Source: Octopus sinensis (Eukaryota). Taken from it: 64,000 bases of DNA. Under the pieces are notes generated by a model that saw nothing but the letters and a program-made list of their open reading frames with translations, searched no databases and was not told the DNA's origin. A program made the translations under genes and the position numbers. Each line of letters begins with the position of its first letter. Positions within the stretch are counted from its first letter, which is position 1. This document shows positions 49,766 to 63,030 of this stretch, in pieces. Location: contig NC_043002.1 of NCBI RefSeq assembly GCF_006345805.1, forward strand, positions 4,340,001 through 4,404,000, given 5' to 3'.

Positions 49766-50594
49766 TATAAATTATATATGTAAATTATATATGTAAATTA
49801 TATATATATATACTTAAGTGTGAGTAGCTGTGAACAAGTGTGACTCGGTGTGTGTGTGTGTGTCTGTGTGTGAGTGTATGTACGCGCGTGCGTGTGTTTA
49901 TATGTATTATGTATACATATATATATATCTATAATAATAAATGCGAAAGCGAATGTCAGTGTGTCAGTGTGTCACACTTTTCAACTCTTCTCCTCCGACC
50001 TCCTCTCTCACTATTCGATGACACATCTACTATTCCTCGTGCTTTACCCCTCTCTCACTATTCGTTCTTGTTTTTTTTTTTTTCTTAATCCTAACATTTT
50101 GAAAAAAAACATTTCTCTAAATATTATAACTATTTCCAAAAGTAATTTCCAAAATATACATTTTGAAAAAAATCTTTCTCTAAATAATTTAATTGTATCA
50201 AGTAATTTAACCATAACACGTGCTTCATAACGTTCGGAACTGAAACACGTATTGATCTCACTCTCTCATATAATATTACCTCTCATAACTCTCTACCATA
50301 AAACTTAGTATTTTTTTTTAGATATTAATAAAATTTGTCGGACCTATTTTCATGCCGTCGGCCGTCAGAGCTATGGAAACTGTGCGCACTCCGACTGCAG
50401 GGAAATAGATTCGACTAATTTTGTTACTACCTTTAAAAATACTAAATTTTAAACATCTTTATGGTCAAATACGTTTAGAGTAATTAATTCCAAACCATAA
50501 ACATCGCACTTTAAAATAGTTGTTTAGCGACGGAGGTGTATTTTCCTTCAAACTAAGAACAGGGGTTTGGATACATACCAGCTGCTACAAATAA

Positions 50595-50948
50595 TTGTTT
50601 GTACAAAAAGTAAGGCCTTACGTACATCGAATTGCCTTTAAATTTAGTGGCGGCAGAAGAAATATCGACGGCCAGTTACATGCTGGTTGTTCAAGGGTAG
50701 GGAATGGAAACAAGCTATTTGAACTGACACCGAAAGGGGAGACCCAAAAATGTGTATCATGCAGCTTTGCAATAAGTTCCAAGTCGGCAAATTATATCAT
50801 TGTTTTGATGAAAATTGTTCATTGCTTGAAAAATATTGTTCAAGTTTAATAAAATGTAATGCATACTCAATGCATGAAGTGTCATTGTTGGACCCAAGGC
50901 CTAGTGGAGAGCCCTCCACAGGAGCTAGCTTAAAAGCCGCCCTAAGCT
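50595..50948 (+). mobile_element. Helitron 3' end with PIF1-like helicase C-terminal remnant
   Basis: DGQLHAGCSRVG..LF.L..GET/QNVVYHAALQ* (cf. HGQLYVACSRV..TKNVVY); hairpin GTGGAG-AGCC-CTCCAC followed by CTAG termini. Confidence 0.65.
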
Positions 50949-51032
50949 AGTATTTATATATATATGTATGTGTGTATGTATGTATATATATATATATATG
51001 TCTTCCCTTCTCTGGATCTTTCCTTCTCCTAT

Positions 51033-51067
51033 GTTTCCGACGAAGAGCTCCGCTCGAAACGTTAAAC
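51033..51067 (+). ncRNA. Minimal type I hammerhead with U4C core variant
   Basis: GTTT CCGACGA A GAGC TCC GCTC GAAA CG TT AAAC; palindromic ACGT stem III. Confidence 0.7.
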
Positions 51068-51426
51068 CCTCCTTCTTTCCTTCTTTCCTGAGCGTCCAAT
51101 AATACTATATTTGTTCCACGTCCTCGCGTTGTAGTTTTTTTTTTGTGCTTTCTTGTTTGGATTAACTTTATATATATATAATAAAAGGCCGCTAAAAGAA
51201 GAAGCAAGTACTAGATACACAAAAAGGGGATAAATTCATGAAATGAAAATCAAAAACGTTTACAAACTCAGCTCATCTTGTACTGCAGTTTCGTCTTTTT
51301 TTTAGCAGAAGAATATAATTTATCTGCCAAGGCTAGACTCTTCAGCAAGCAGCCTTTGTCATCCTAGAAGTACATATCGTTAGAAGCATGTGCGATTCTA
51401 AGGACTTGCATTCTCTAACTTTTCAG

Positions 51427-51473
51427 ACCAGTGCGCAGACGCAAAACATACCCGGCGAACAGAGAGGATGCCG
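51427..51473 (+). CDS. Candidate exon (47 nt) of unidentified host gene
   Basis: Acceptor CTTGCATTCTCTAACTTTTCAG with branch-like CTCTAAC; donor CCG|GTATAA (moderate); one reading PVRRRKTYPANREDA. Confidence 0.3.
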
Positions 51474-51644
51474 GTATAAGGTCTACGAGCAAATTTATCG
51501 AACAATATGTAAACATAGTAAATAGGGTAATAAAAGGCCTTTTAATGTACTTATATATGAATAACATATAGTCTAATGACTAATTTGACTTTTGTGCTAG
51601 ATCACTGGTAATAATAATTTATTTTATTACCCTATTTACTATAT

Positions 51645-51690
<46 letters not shown>

Positions 51691-52210
51691 TATATACATA
51701 CATATATATATATATTAATATATACATAATATATATTATATATATATTATGTATGTATATATGTATATATGATATATATATATGTATATATGTATATGTA
51801 TGTATATATGTATATATATGCATATATATATATATGTATATGTATGTGTATATATGTATATATGTATATATATGTATATATGTATATATGTATATATGTA
51901 TATATATATATATGCATATATTATGTATGTATGTATATATATACACATGTAAGTATATATTGCTATATGAACCACAAAAGAAAGAGCAACGTTAATTCTA
52001 AGGCAACACGTTAGGGTGTCCGCCTCATCCGACTTTCCTCTGAAAGAACTCACCACCACCACCACCATCATCGTCATCATCATCATCATAATTATTATCA
52101 TTGTTATTATTTGCTTTTCTTTTTAATTATATTCTCGTTAAATTTGTCTGTCTTAGCGTATTTTTAAATCACCATTGAAAGGAATATTTTTATATGGTTT
52201 ATATATATAA

Positions 52211-52243
<33 letters not shown>

Positions 52244-54530
52244 TGTATGTATGTATGTATGTGTGTGTATATATGTGTGTGTGTGGTGTGTGTATAGTCT
52301 TTTATATATTTTAGAGCACCTTTTAGGCGGTGCTCCAGCATGGTCGCAGTCAAATGACTGAAACAAGTAAAAGAACAAAAGAATTTGCTTTGAGGTCAAT
52401 TTCTCGCAGGTTACCGACCCTATACAAACACCTCTGTATTGTTGTTTATTCCATACTTTGGCGCGCCTGTTTCTTATTTGGTCGATAATTCCATTATACT
52501 CATCTCTTTTATTGTTCTAAGAAAGTCAAACTGGATAACACGCGGTGTTTGTTTCGGCTTTTTCGCCTCATATATTGGGATTGTTTCTTTCCGAATAAAT
52601 TCCATCGCCCAAGTAAAAAATGAATATGTGATTCTAGCAGTTTCAACCCCAGAACTCAGATTTGCGTCACTTAGGAGTGTCAACAATCATTGAAATCTGT
52701 AGGTGACAGACAGACAAAAACAAAGAAGGAGAAGAGAGAGAGAGGGGGGAGAGGGGGGAGGGAGAGAAAGAGCTGCAGTATCGTTAATCTTGTTAACTCC
52801 AAAAGCAGCTAAATGGAACATTACCAGTAATAAGATTGTGAGAGACGTCAACTGTCGAGCCAGCACTATGAAAATTTTACCCGTCTTTACTGTGGTCAAT
52901 ACCTATAATCGAGGACATTTCAGGGTACCTGTGATCATAAGCCAGTCACCATCACAAAGCGAACTTCTTAAACATTCGATCATACTTACTCATCAACAAA
53001 TAATACTTGCATTGGCCGTAAAAGGAAGCTAGTTGTCTAGTCTACCTCTTCCTAAATAACAGGCAGCCATAAGGTCGGTGAAACACCTCCCTGTAATTTT
53101 AGTGTCGAGCGAATAAAAACTAAATCTTTACTGGAACAGGGTAATGTCGTAACCCAGTTAGTTTGGTTATTTTTGCAATGGGGTAATTGAATTCGGCATT
53201 TCACGTTAATGAAATGCACATGAATTCAACAAATCTATCGTTGTATTTTGTTAACCACTAAGTCAAGAACAAGGAAGAGTGCACCGAAGTTTTTTTTTTT
53301 GAGGGGGCGGGCAGTTCTTTAAGACTTCCGAGGCTAATTGAAAAAATTTATCCTCAGGCTTGGCCTGAATTCCACAAATGGCTACCAAGGATCATCTGGT
53401 GAGAATAAACCGAGAAATAGATTAAGAAACCATGATACAAATGGGATGGAATAAAATGCAGCTAGACATTTCGTCAAGTGATGAACTTGAAGAATTTAAC
53501 AATTCCTCCAGTTCACCATTATCGATTAGTAATTATATTTTCTTCTTGGTCGTGCAACGTACGCGAATTCCCATGACTGTCTGTCGCCATCCGATCCTAT
53601 TATTATGAATTTGAATTGGGAGCTTCAGTCATGCTGAATTTTTCATTCGCTAATCCCATAGCCATGGACGCCGCTCCTATGGATACATTGCAGTGACTCT
53701 TTTGATAGAGCTTGGTGATCCTGGTCGTTGATCTAGAACTCCTCCACTCAGAATCAATTTAAAGAGGCACCATTGTCTCAATTAAGCTCTTCCACTACCT
53801 CTTCACAACCTGTTACGCTGCAACCCCATGACTTCACAATACACCTGGCAGGGTAGTTGAACGGGTGCTATGCATGACACGGGCGTCACTCGGTGAGGTA
53901 TTTGCAAAATAATTGCAAATACTCGTGTTTTATCAATCCCTTAATGATCGAAGACCAAGATTTCCTCGGTGGGGCTGGACGTCAGGCAGCAGAGAATCGG
54001 AGCCAGAAACACAAAGCCTTTTGTCCGATGTTCCAACGATTCTGCAGAGTTATGTTACTATGTGTCTCTATTTTGTCATCTCTTTATTACCCCCAAGGGG
54101 CCAAACATAGAGGGGACAAACAAGGACAGACAAAGGGATTAAGTCGATTACACTTAATTTATCGACCCCGAAAGGATGAAAGGCGAAGTCTACCTCGGCG
54201 GAATGTGTCTCTATTTTGGTTTAGATTGTCTAAGTCACTGAGAGTTAAGCATTTTATTTTTACTACGGATATAATTCTTTTACTTTTCCCCCGCCCACCC
54301 ATGCTCTCACTTTACCCCACTCCCCCACCCCCGCACCTCTCTCTCCCTCTTCAATATATTTTGCATCAAGTTTGTTGTCAGAAATGACTATTACCAAAAC
54401 GGTAGTCTCGTGTTAGTTTTATTCTGTTAAACCAGCAGCAGCAACAGCAGCAGCAACAGCAGCAGCAGCAGCAGCAGTAGCAGTAGTAGCAGTAGTAGTA
54501 GTAGTAGTAGTAGTGGTAGTGGTGGTGGTG

Positions 54531-54563
<33 letters not shown>

Positions 54564-54763
54564 AGAGTAGTAGTAGTAGTAGTAGTAGTAAGAGTAGTAA
54601 GAGTTGTAGTAGTAAGAGTAGTAATAGTAGCAGTAGTAGTAGTAGTAGTAGTAGTAGTAGAGTGGGATATCAGGAGTAGTCTTTTACCCCCACCTTGTCG
54701 TCATCATTACCACGTTCGTCGCCATATTTATTTTAATCATAACCATCAACATCATCATCATCA

Positions 54764-54794
<31 letters not shown>

Positions 54795-54860
54795 CATCTT
54801 CTTGCATTCTGCTCTTTGTTGATGTAGTATTATATTTGTGCCATTCCATTTCTCTCTCTC

Positions 54861-54930
<70 letters not shown>

Positions 54931-55209
54931 TTTCCAGCCTCAATCAGGGTCTGAACCTCGAAAGAAGCCCCAGTAAGCTCGCCAGTTCTTAATTCGCACT
55001 TATCATCATCACACAATTAGTGATGCAATAATACAGCGTTTGTGTCAGTCAGTCTGCAATGAATCTCTGCACGCTTCCGTAAGGCTTCCCCCAACTCTCC
55101 AAACCAAGCCGACACTTCCACCACCCCCCGATTCCCGCCGTTTCCCTTAGCAATTCATTCTGTTTACACTGCCCACACACACACATCTCTTATTGTCTCA
55201 TCCATATAC

Positions 55210-55273
<64 letters not shown>

Positions 55274-55472
55274 TATCTTAATATTTAATATATAATGTAT
55301 TTGTACATATGTTGTATGTCTGCATATAAATACATATAACAATATATATATATATTGTATATATATATATGTGATAATATATATATATGTGTGTATATAG
55401 ATATATATATATATATATATATATATAGATGTGGATATATATATATATATGTATATATATATACATATATAT

Positions 55473-55526
<54 letters not shown>

Positions 55527-55649
55527 TATAATATATATATGAATCTATCAATATCTATGTATCTCTTGTCTCTGTCGCTCTCTCACTATTCTCCACACGG
55601 TTCTCCTTCACTTACCCACTCTCCCCCCATTTTTTCTCTTTTTTTATCC

Positions 55650-57900
55650 TTGTTCATAACCCTTACCACCACACACACACCAAACACTACCATCGCCAAA
55701 ACCATCGCCAGCACCCTCGCTACTAATACCAACACCGCAACACAACCACCACCAGTACCACCACCCCTTCCACAAACCAACGCCGCAACCGCTACCACCA
55801 ACACCAAGAACCCCTACCATGTATGCCAGCCCCACCACCACCATTCATACCATCACCATCATTTTCACATCCCCTCCCTAACACCTCTATACTTCATCCC
55901 CAACACCAACACCCCTACTACCACCGCCGCCATATATAATAGCACCACTGCCACCCTCACTACCACTAACTCTACCAACACCACAATCAGTAACCATCGC
56001 CATTATAACTACCGCTGTTCCTATCATGGCCACCACCACCAACAATATCATCACTAACGACAAGAGCATCCCTAGAACAAATATCATCCCCGTTACGATC
56101 CCTACCACATCCTTTTCTACAGCCACCCCTACATCTCTCACTTCATTCACCACTACCACCACTACCACCACTACCACTACTACGAGCTTCGTCATCACGC
56201 CACCTCCATAAGCAGCAGCACCATCGCCATCACTGTCATTGTAAGACGTCCCCTTCACCCACCACTGTTACTACCACCACTGCTGCCTATACCAACACTA
56301 CAACTTATGCCATCGCCACCACAACTAACACCGCAACCTACACCAACACAAACAACACCACAATCATCATCACCACCACCACCACCACCACTGTCACAAC
56401 CAACACTACTACCTTTACCATCACCACCACAACCACAACCATAACCACCGACTTCAACGCTACCACAAATAAGATTGCCGCCACCACCACAACCACGACC
56501 AACACACTCAAACAACTAACATACCACCTCCAACACCACCACCACTCACAACCAACAATACTACCATTACTATCACCACCACAACCACCAACTTCAACGC
56601 TACCACAAACAAGACTGCCACATCCAACACCACCACCATCAGCACCACCACCACCACCACAACCACAACCAACACACCCAAACGACCAACACCACCAACA
56701 TCACCACTACAATCATAATCATCGCCTTCAACACCATCACAACCATCTTCATTACCACCAGTACAAGTTTCCATCACCACCACCACCACCACCACCGCAA
56801 CCAACACACCCAAACGACCAACACCACCAACTACAATCATCGCCTTCAACACCATCACCACCAACACCATCACCACCAACCACCTTCATTACCACCAACA
56901 CAAGTTTCCACCACTACCACTGCTACCATCATCGTCACCATCATCGTCAGTTATCGTCGTCGTCGTTATCGTTGCCGTTGTCATCTGTTTACTCTGCTCT
57001 GGTTTGGCGTGCTGTGCAAACCTCTTCCGTGAGTGCACAATTAAATTGACATTACCGTCGCTAGTTTCATCTCTGAGCCTGCACTGGTTGGCGAACCATG
57101 ATCTTGTGGGACTTCCCACCAAATTGGATGCTGTCTGTTGGCAGCAATGATGCTGTCCGCCTGTCTGTCCGCCAGTTTGTCCGCCTCACAGTCTGTCTGT
57201 CAGTTCGTCAGCCCGTCTGTATGACTGCCTGTTTGATCAATATTTGGTTTATATTGCGGATATAGAACTTTAACGTTAACTATCAACAGCGCCAACATCA
57301 GTATCACGTTCATCTCACCAACGCCCCCCCCTCATCATCAATCCCACCACCGCCAGCCACCATCAACACAACCACCATCAACACCCCAACAATCAACGCC
57401 TTCGCCATCAACACCACCACCACCAACATCACCACCATCAACGCCTCCACCATCAACACCACCACCACCAACATCACCACCATCAACACCTCCACCATCA
57501 ACATCACCACCAACAACGCCTCCACCAACAATACCTCCACCATCAACACCATCAACACCTCCACCATCAACGCCTTCGCCATCAACACCACCACCATCAA
57601 CACCACCACCATCAACATCACCACCATCAACATCACCACCAACAACACCTCCACCATCAACACAGCTACATGACAACCACTTTTACCAATACCATTACAG
57701 TCACTTAACGTTACCACCAATTGCAGCACCACCGCTAACACCACCACCACCACCACTTTAGCATCGCCATCATCAACACCGACGTCATCTCCACCACTGT
57801 CATCACCATCAACATCAACACAATCACCACTACTTTCACCGCCCACCACAACCACTAATGTTACACCTGCAAGTACCAACGCCAACAATCACACCAGCAG
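55650..57900. repeat. CAC/CAA/CAT-rich low-complexity region with 15-bp minisatellite (57340-57700)
   Basis: CCATCAACACC(A/T)CCA-type units; repeated 30-35 nt blocks at 56450/56590 and 56665/56797. Confidence 0.85.
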
Positions 57901-57910
57901 CGACGTTACT

Positions 57911-58301
57911 GGAGGCGCAATGGCCCAGTGGTTAGGGCAGCGGACTCGCGGTCGGAGGATCGCCGTTTCGATTCCCAAACCGGGCATTGTATGTGTCTAT
58001 TGAGCGAAAACACCTAAAGCTCCACGAGACTCCGGCAGGGGGTGGTGGTGACCCCTGTTGTACTCTTTCGCTCCAACTTTCTCTCACTCTTTCTTCCTGT
58101 TTCTTGTCCCCGACTTCCTACGCAACCGCTGAGCCTGGATGCGCATTCATCCATCCATCGATGCTCTCGGTGTCGGGGGTTGACCTGCTTTCTCTTCTGC
58201 GGGTCTTACGAATAGCAAAGGACCACGTTTCGGACTTCTCCCATCTTGTGAGCTCTGGGACGAAGACTGTTAGCTCAACAGCAACAGCAACAGCAACAGC
58301 A
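57911..58301 (+). mobile_element. tRNA-derived SINE, family E
   Basis: Paralog of 379-776; A-box TGGCCCAGTGGTTAGG, B-box GTTTCGATTCCC, (CAACAG)n tail. Confidence 0.8.
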
Positions 58302-59821
58302 CCATCAACACCCGTACCCTTTCAATATCCTCATGAGCACTGTTTCTACCACTAGCGCCACCAATACCACCGCCAACACCACCACCCGAATCTATACTCG
58401 ATCCTCTTACCTCGTCTCAGCCTCACATTCACAAATTCATATATACAGACATACGTATACCACACAAAACACACACACACACACGCGCACACTCATACAT
58501 AGGAATTTCCACATTCAGTCACAATAAGTGGCTCTTATCGATGGAAGAAATCAAGCCGCAAATAGAATATTTATGCAGCGATGAGGAAGATTTTTTTCTG
58601 ACTTTCTTTTCATCACCAGATGAGATTATGTTGATGATGATGATCTAGATAGAACAGAAGAAAGTGATGTTTCAACTACCCCTGAATAGAAAAAGTGCAC
58701 CGATTTTTCTCCATTTGTACATTCGTTTGGCAACAACAATGCGGAAATTACAAATTATTTAATTGTCCTTTTGTCTTTACTTTTATAATCTAAGAGAGTT
58801 AAAATATCATTTTCATAGTTTTTGTAATTATTTAAAGTGAAAATATGTACAAAAACTTACTCTTAATAAAATAATCTTTTCCTTTTGTTTTTTGCCAGTT
58901 TTGCACACACTGTCATGCAACATTTTCCCCGCCGTTTAAGGTTTAAACCAAGTCACCATTCATGTCATCAGTCATCTTGTCATCAGTCATCTTGTCATCA
59001 GTCATCAGCATGTAATCAGTCATCCTTCACCCAAAGTAATTAGTATTCGTCGTTCAGACGGACTAACATGCATGCCTAACTAAAAATTATGATGGTTATA
59101 ACAAGAATACCGTTACTCATAAACCAATTGCCTGAAGGCTAAATAACAAATACGACACTACATTTTCGAAGGTATTCATAGGTCTATTTCATATCTAAAA
59201 GCTGGCCATTTTCTTTTTTCAAAACGGAGGGGGGTTAGGATTTCATACAACATCACGTTAAACTTATTCCAAGCTGATTTCCGCCATATTGATTATTAAA
59301 AGTAAACGCACGCATAAATATTCAAAACAAATACACAGTTGCACAAAAAATCCTAATAACCAATAGAAGTATATATATATTTTTAAATTAAAGTTAAATA
59401 AAACTTTATTAAAATAAATTAATGTATAATAAGTGTTGAGTTATAAAAGAACTAAAGCAACAGCCTAATCTTCATAATATCAAAGATCGGCGATGCTAGC
59501 CATATAAAATTTGGTAAATATTAACCTCATGTATAATGTGACTTGGAAAACTTTGATCTTTAATTCAAGTATAAAATGTTTCGTATTATATACGCGTAAA
59601 TACGATATAATATTTATGTCCTCGAGAAAAAAATATGGATACGGCAGCATGGTGGATGGTATATAATACGCATATACTTTGATATTTTCGTCTTGCTTAG
59701 AGTTCAGACATTAAATAGAGGAAAATTGAAAGAAATTGCTGGAAAGCATTAAATAGGTTACAGAATGTAGAGCGTTAAGTATATTACATGTGTGTGTGTA
59801 TGCGCGTGTGTTTATATGTTG

Positions 59822-60060
<239 letters not shown>

Positions 60061-60094
60061 GATAAATACATATATGTATGAATATATATATATT

Positions 60095-60137
<43 letters not shown>

Positions 60138-60336
60138 TTCGTTTTTCTATTTGATATGTGAATTCGTGTGTTGAAGCATATTTTTTTGTATCTGGGAAGA
60201 GTCATTCTCTTTTAGTACCTTATTACTTAACACATTCACCGGTTCGATTTCCACTCCTTTACTTATTTATTTGTTCCAAATTTTTCGTTGCGTCTTGCTG
60301 CTACTTCAATAGTTGTTGACTATTGAACCATGGAAT

Positions 60337-60375
60337 GACGATTGAAAAGGTTGCAAGACGCAGCGGAAACTTTAG
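60337..60375 (+). ncRNA. Possible degenerate hammerhead with U3:A8 core inside a fold-back element
   Basis: TTGAAAA G GTTGC AAGAC GCAGC GGAAA CTTTAG; the inverted arm reads GCAAC GAAA AATTT. Confidence 0.35.
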
Positions 60376-60404
60376 AAAAACTAAATAAGTTAATGAGCGG
60401 AAAT

Positions 60405-60575
60405 CTTTTCCACTCTGGGCACAGGGCCCGAGATTTTTGAGGAAGGGGCCAAGTCGATTAGATCTACTCCAGGACACAACTGGTACTTGATTTATCGACC
60501 CCCGAAAGGATAAAGGGGAAAGTCGACCTCGGTGGAATTTGAACGCAGAACGTAAAGACAAACGAAATACTGCTA
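60405..60575 (-). mobile_element. SINE family B2 fragment
   Basis: ATCGACCCCCGAAAGGATAAAGG..GTCGACCTCGGTGGAATTTGAAC. Confidence 0.75.
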
Positions 60576-60635
60576 ATATATACGTAATATATATATACAT
60601 GTATATAAATATATATATTTATATATAGTATATAT

Positions 60636-60715
<80 letters not shown>

Positions 60716-61123
60716 GTGTGTGTGTACGTGTATATAATAATGAAGAAAAAGAATTCCTATACAGTGCTCAGCTGCACTACAACTAAAAATAAAAAAGGGC
60801 CATCGGGTGTACTGTTAGTGGACTGAATATACGTGAATGTATGCACTTTTGTATGCTTGCTTGTTTATTCGTTTGCTGGGTATCTGGCGAGGTGAGAGTA
60901 CTCAATACATGTTACAAGAGTTTATTCGTTCGAAGATGGCGATTCTTAACGTCGTTTCTGGCTACGTGCGGCTCTTGGCACGACAAAAATGCTTACTATA
61001 CATATGTGTGTGTATGTATGTATGTATGTATGTATGTATATATATATACATATAATTATATAAATATATATATATATAATTAATAAATATATATTAATAA
61101 ATATATATATAAATATATATATA

Positions 61124-61541
61124 GGCGCAGGAGTGGCTGTGTGGTAAGTAGTTTGGCTAACCAACCACATGGTTCCGGGTTCAGTCCCACTGCGTGGCAT
61201 TTTGGGCAAGTGTCTTCTGCAATAGCCCCGGACCCACCAATGCCTTGTGAGTGGATTTGGTAGACGGAAACTGAAAGAAGCCTGTCGTATATATGTATAT
61301 ATATATATATGTATGTGTGTGTGTTTGTGTGTCTGTGTTAGTTCCCCTAGCATTGTTTGACAACCGATGCTGGTGTGTTTACGTCCCCGTCACTTAGCGG
61401 TTCGTCAAAAAGATACCGACAGAATAAGTACTAGGCTTACAAAGAATAAGTCCTAGGTCGAGTTGCTCGACTAAAGGCGGTGCTCCAGCATGGCCGCAGT
61501 CAAATGACTGAAACAAGTAAAAGAGTAAAAAGAGTAAAGAG
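61124..61541 (+). mobile_element. SINE family A, full length
   Basis: Highly similar to 7320-7732; inserted in (TA)n. Confidence 0.9.
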
Positions 61542-61697
61542 TATATATAAATATATATTAATATATTGGCCTGCTCGCTTAGCCAGCGGGGTGGCCTCAT
61601 TTCAAGGCTAAATCAATGAGAAGCGCATTGTGACCAGCGATGTGTAGCAACATCTGATAGCCTGGTCGGTCACGTGATTACGTGATATATATATATA

Positions 61698-62975
61698 TCA
61701 GGTTATCCCATAAGTTTTCTCCGAATTTTGAATAAAGGAAACAAGTGATCAAATGTGATATTTAATTGAAATTTAATAATCAATGTACTTTCCCTGATTA
61801 TCTATGACTTTCTTCCATCTATTTACAAGCTTTTTAATCCCATCAATGTAAAACTCTTTTGGTTTCAAAGCGAAGAACACTGAAATGTCAGGTTCAGCCT
61901 CCAGCTGGCTTGCGAAAGTTATGTCCACCAAATGATTCTGTATACTATGAAACAAATGGTAGAAAGAGAAATGTAGGGAGAATAAGGTGGATGAGGAATT
62001 TTTTCCCAACCAAGCCCTTCGATCTTCTGTGATGTGATCTTTGCAGTGTGGGGTCGCGCATTGTCCTGATGAAACATCACTCGTTTTCGATTCACTAAAG
62101 CGGCTCTTTTTTTCTTCAAAGCTTGGATCAAACGATTTAATTGCTGACAGTAGACTTGAACATTGATTGTTGCATTAGGTGGTAACAATTCAAAGTGAAC
62201 TACTCCTTTGCCATCCCACCAGATAGAGAGAAGAACTGTTTTCCCATGAAGTTCCCTTCTCGGTTGTGGTCGAGCATTTTCCCTTTTACCAAGCACCCGT
62301 TTACGACGTTTAACATTTCGATAGAAGATCCATTTTTCGTTACTAGTCACAAGTCTATCCAGAAAGGCTGAAATGAGTTCGCGAGAATGGAGAGAAGAGC
62401 AGATGTCAACTTGGGATTTGAGGTTGCTTTCGGACAATTCATGAGGCACCCATTTTCCAAGTTTAAGAACCTTTCCAAGTTGTTGAAGATGACAATGAAC
62501 AGTTATATGGTTTGAAGTAAGCTTTATTGCCAATTCTTCAACAGATAATGCAGGATTTTCTTCAAGTAATGCCTCAAGGAGCTTATCATCAAACTCAACT
62601 GGATGTCCTGTTCGATCTTCATCTTCAAGGCTGAAATCTCCACTTCTGAATTTTGCAAACTATCTTCTGCAAGTTCTTTCATTCAAGCATTCTTTGCCAT
62701 AAACTGAGTGTATGTTTCGAGTCGCTTCGGCTGCAGAGTTTCCTTTTTTGTACTCATAAAGCATTATGTGCCTTAAATGCACTTTGGATACTTCCATGTT
62801 AGAAAGGGTTTTAATCAAAGAAATTTTAATTCTATTATTCTGTAAAATAATATTTAATTAGTTTAAATGTACACAAATGCATAAAAATAATATTTCCATT
62901 AGACATTCTAAAATACTATAAAATTTCATTCAATTTTAAAGAAGGTAAAATCGGACGGAACTTATGGGATGACCA
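61698..62975 (-). mobile_element. Full-length mariner (DD34D) element, about 1.28 kb, in (TA)n
   Basis: Imperfect TIRs CAGGTTATCCCATAAGTTTTCTCCGAATTTT and AAAATCGGACGGAACTTATGGGATGACC; TA repeats on both sides. Confidence 0.92.
61773..62797 (-). pseudogene. Mariner transposase pseudogene (about 340 codons)
   Basis: MEVSKVHLRHIMLYEYKKG.. with TAG at about 62661; WVPHEL; LVTSNEKW (first Asp lost); FHQDNARPH; frameshift in YSPDxAPSD near 61970; ends KKVIDNQGKYIDY*. Confidence 0.92.
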
Positions 62976-62981
62976 TATATA

Positions 62982-63030
<49 letters not shown>

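Noticed and set aside
53500-53760. Possible RTE reverse-transcriptase remnant on minus strand; RTE 5'UTR-like text at 19300-19420
   Set aside because: Only vague motif resemblance; needs a profile search.
58920-59030. (GTCATCAGTCATCTT)n short tandem array beside a TTTAAACCTT piggyBac-like end
   Set aside because: Three to four units only; the partner terminus was not found.
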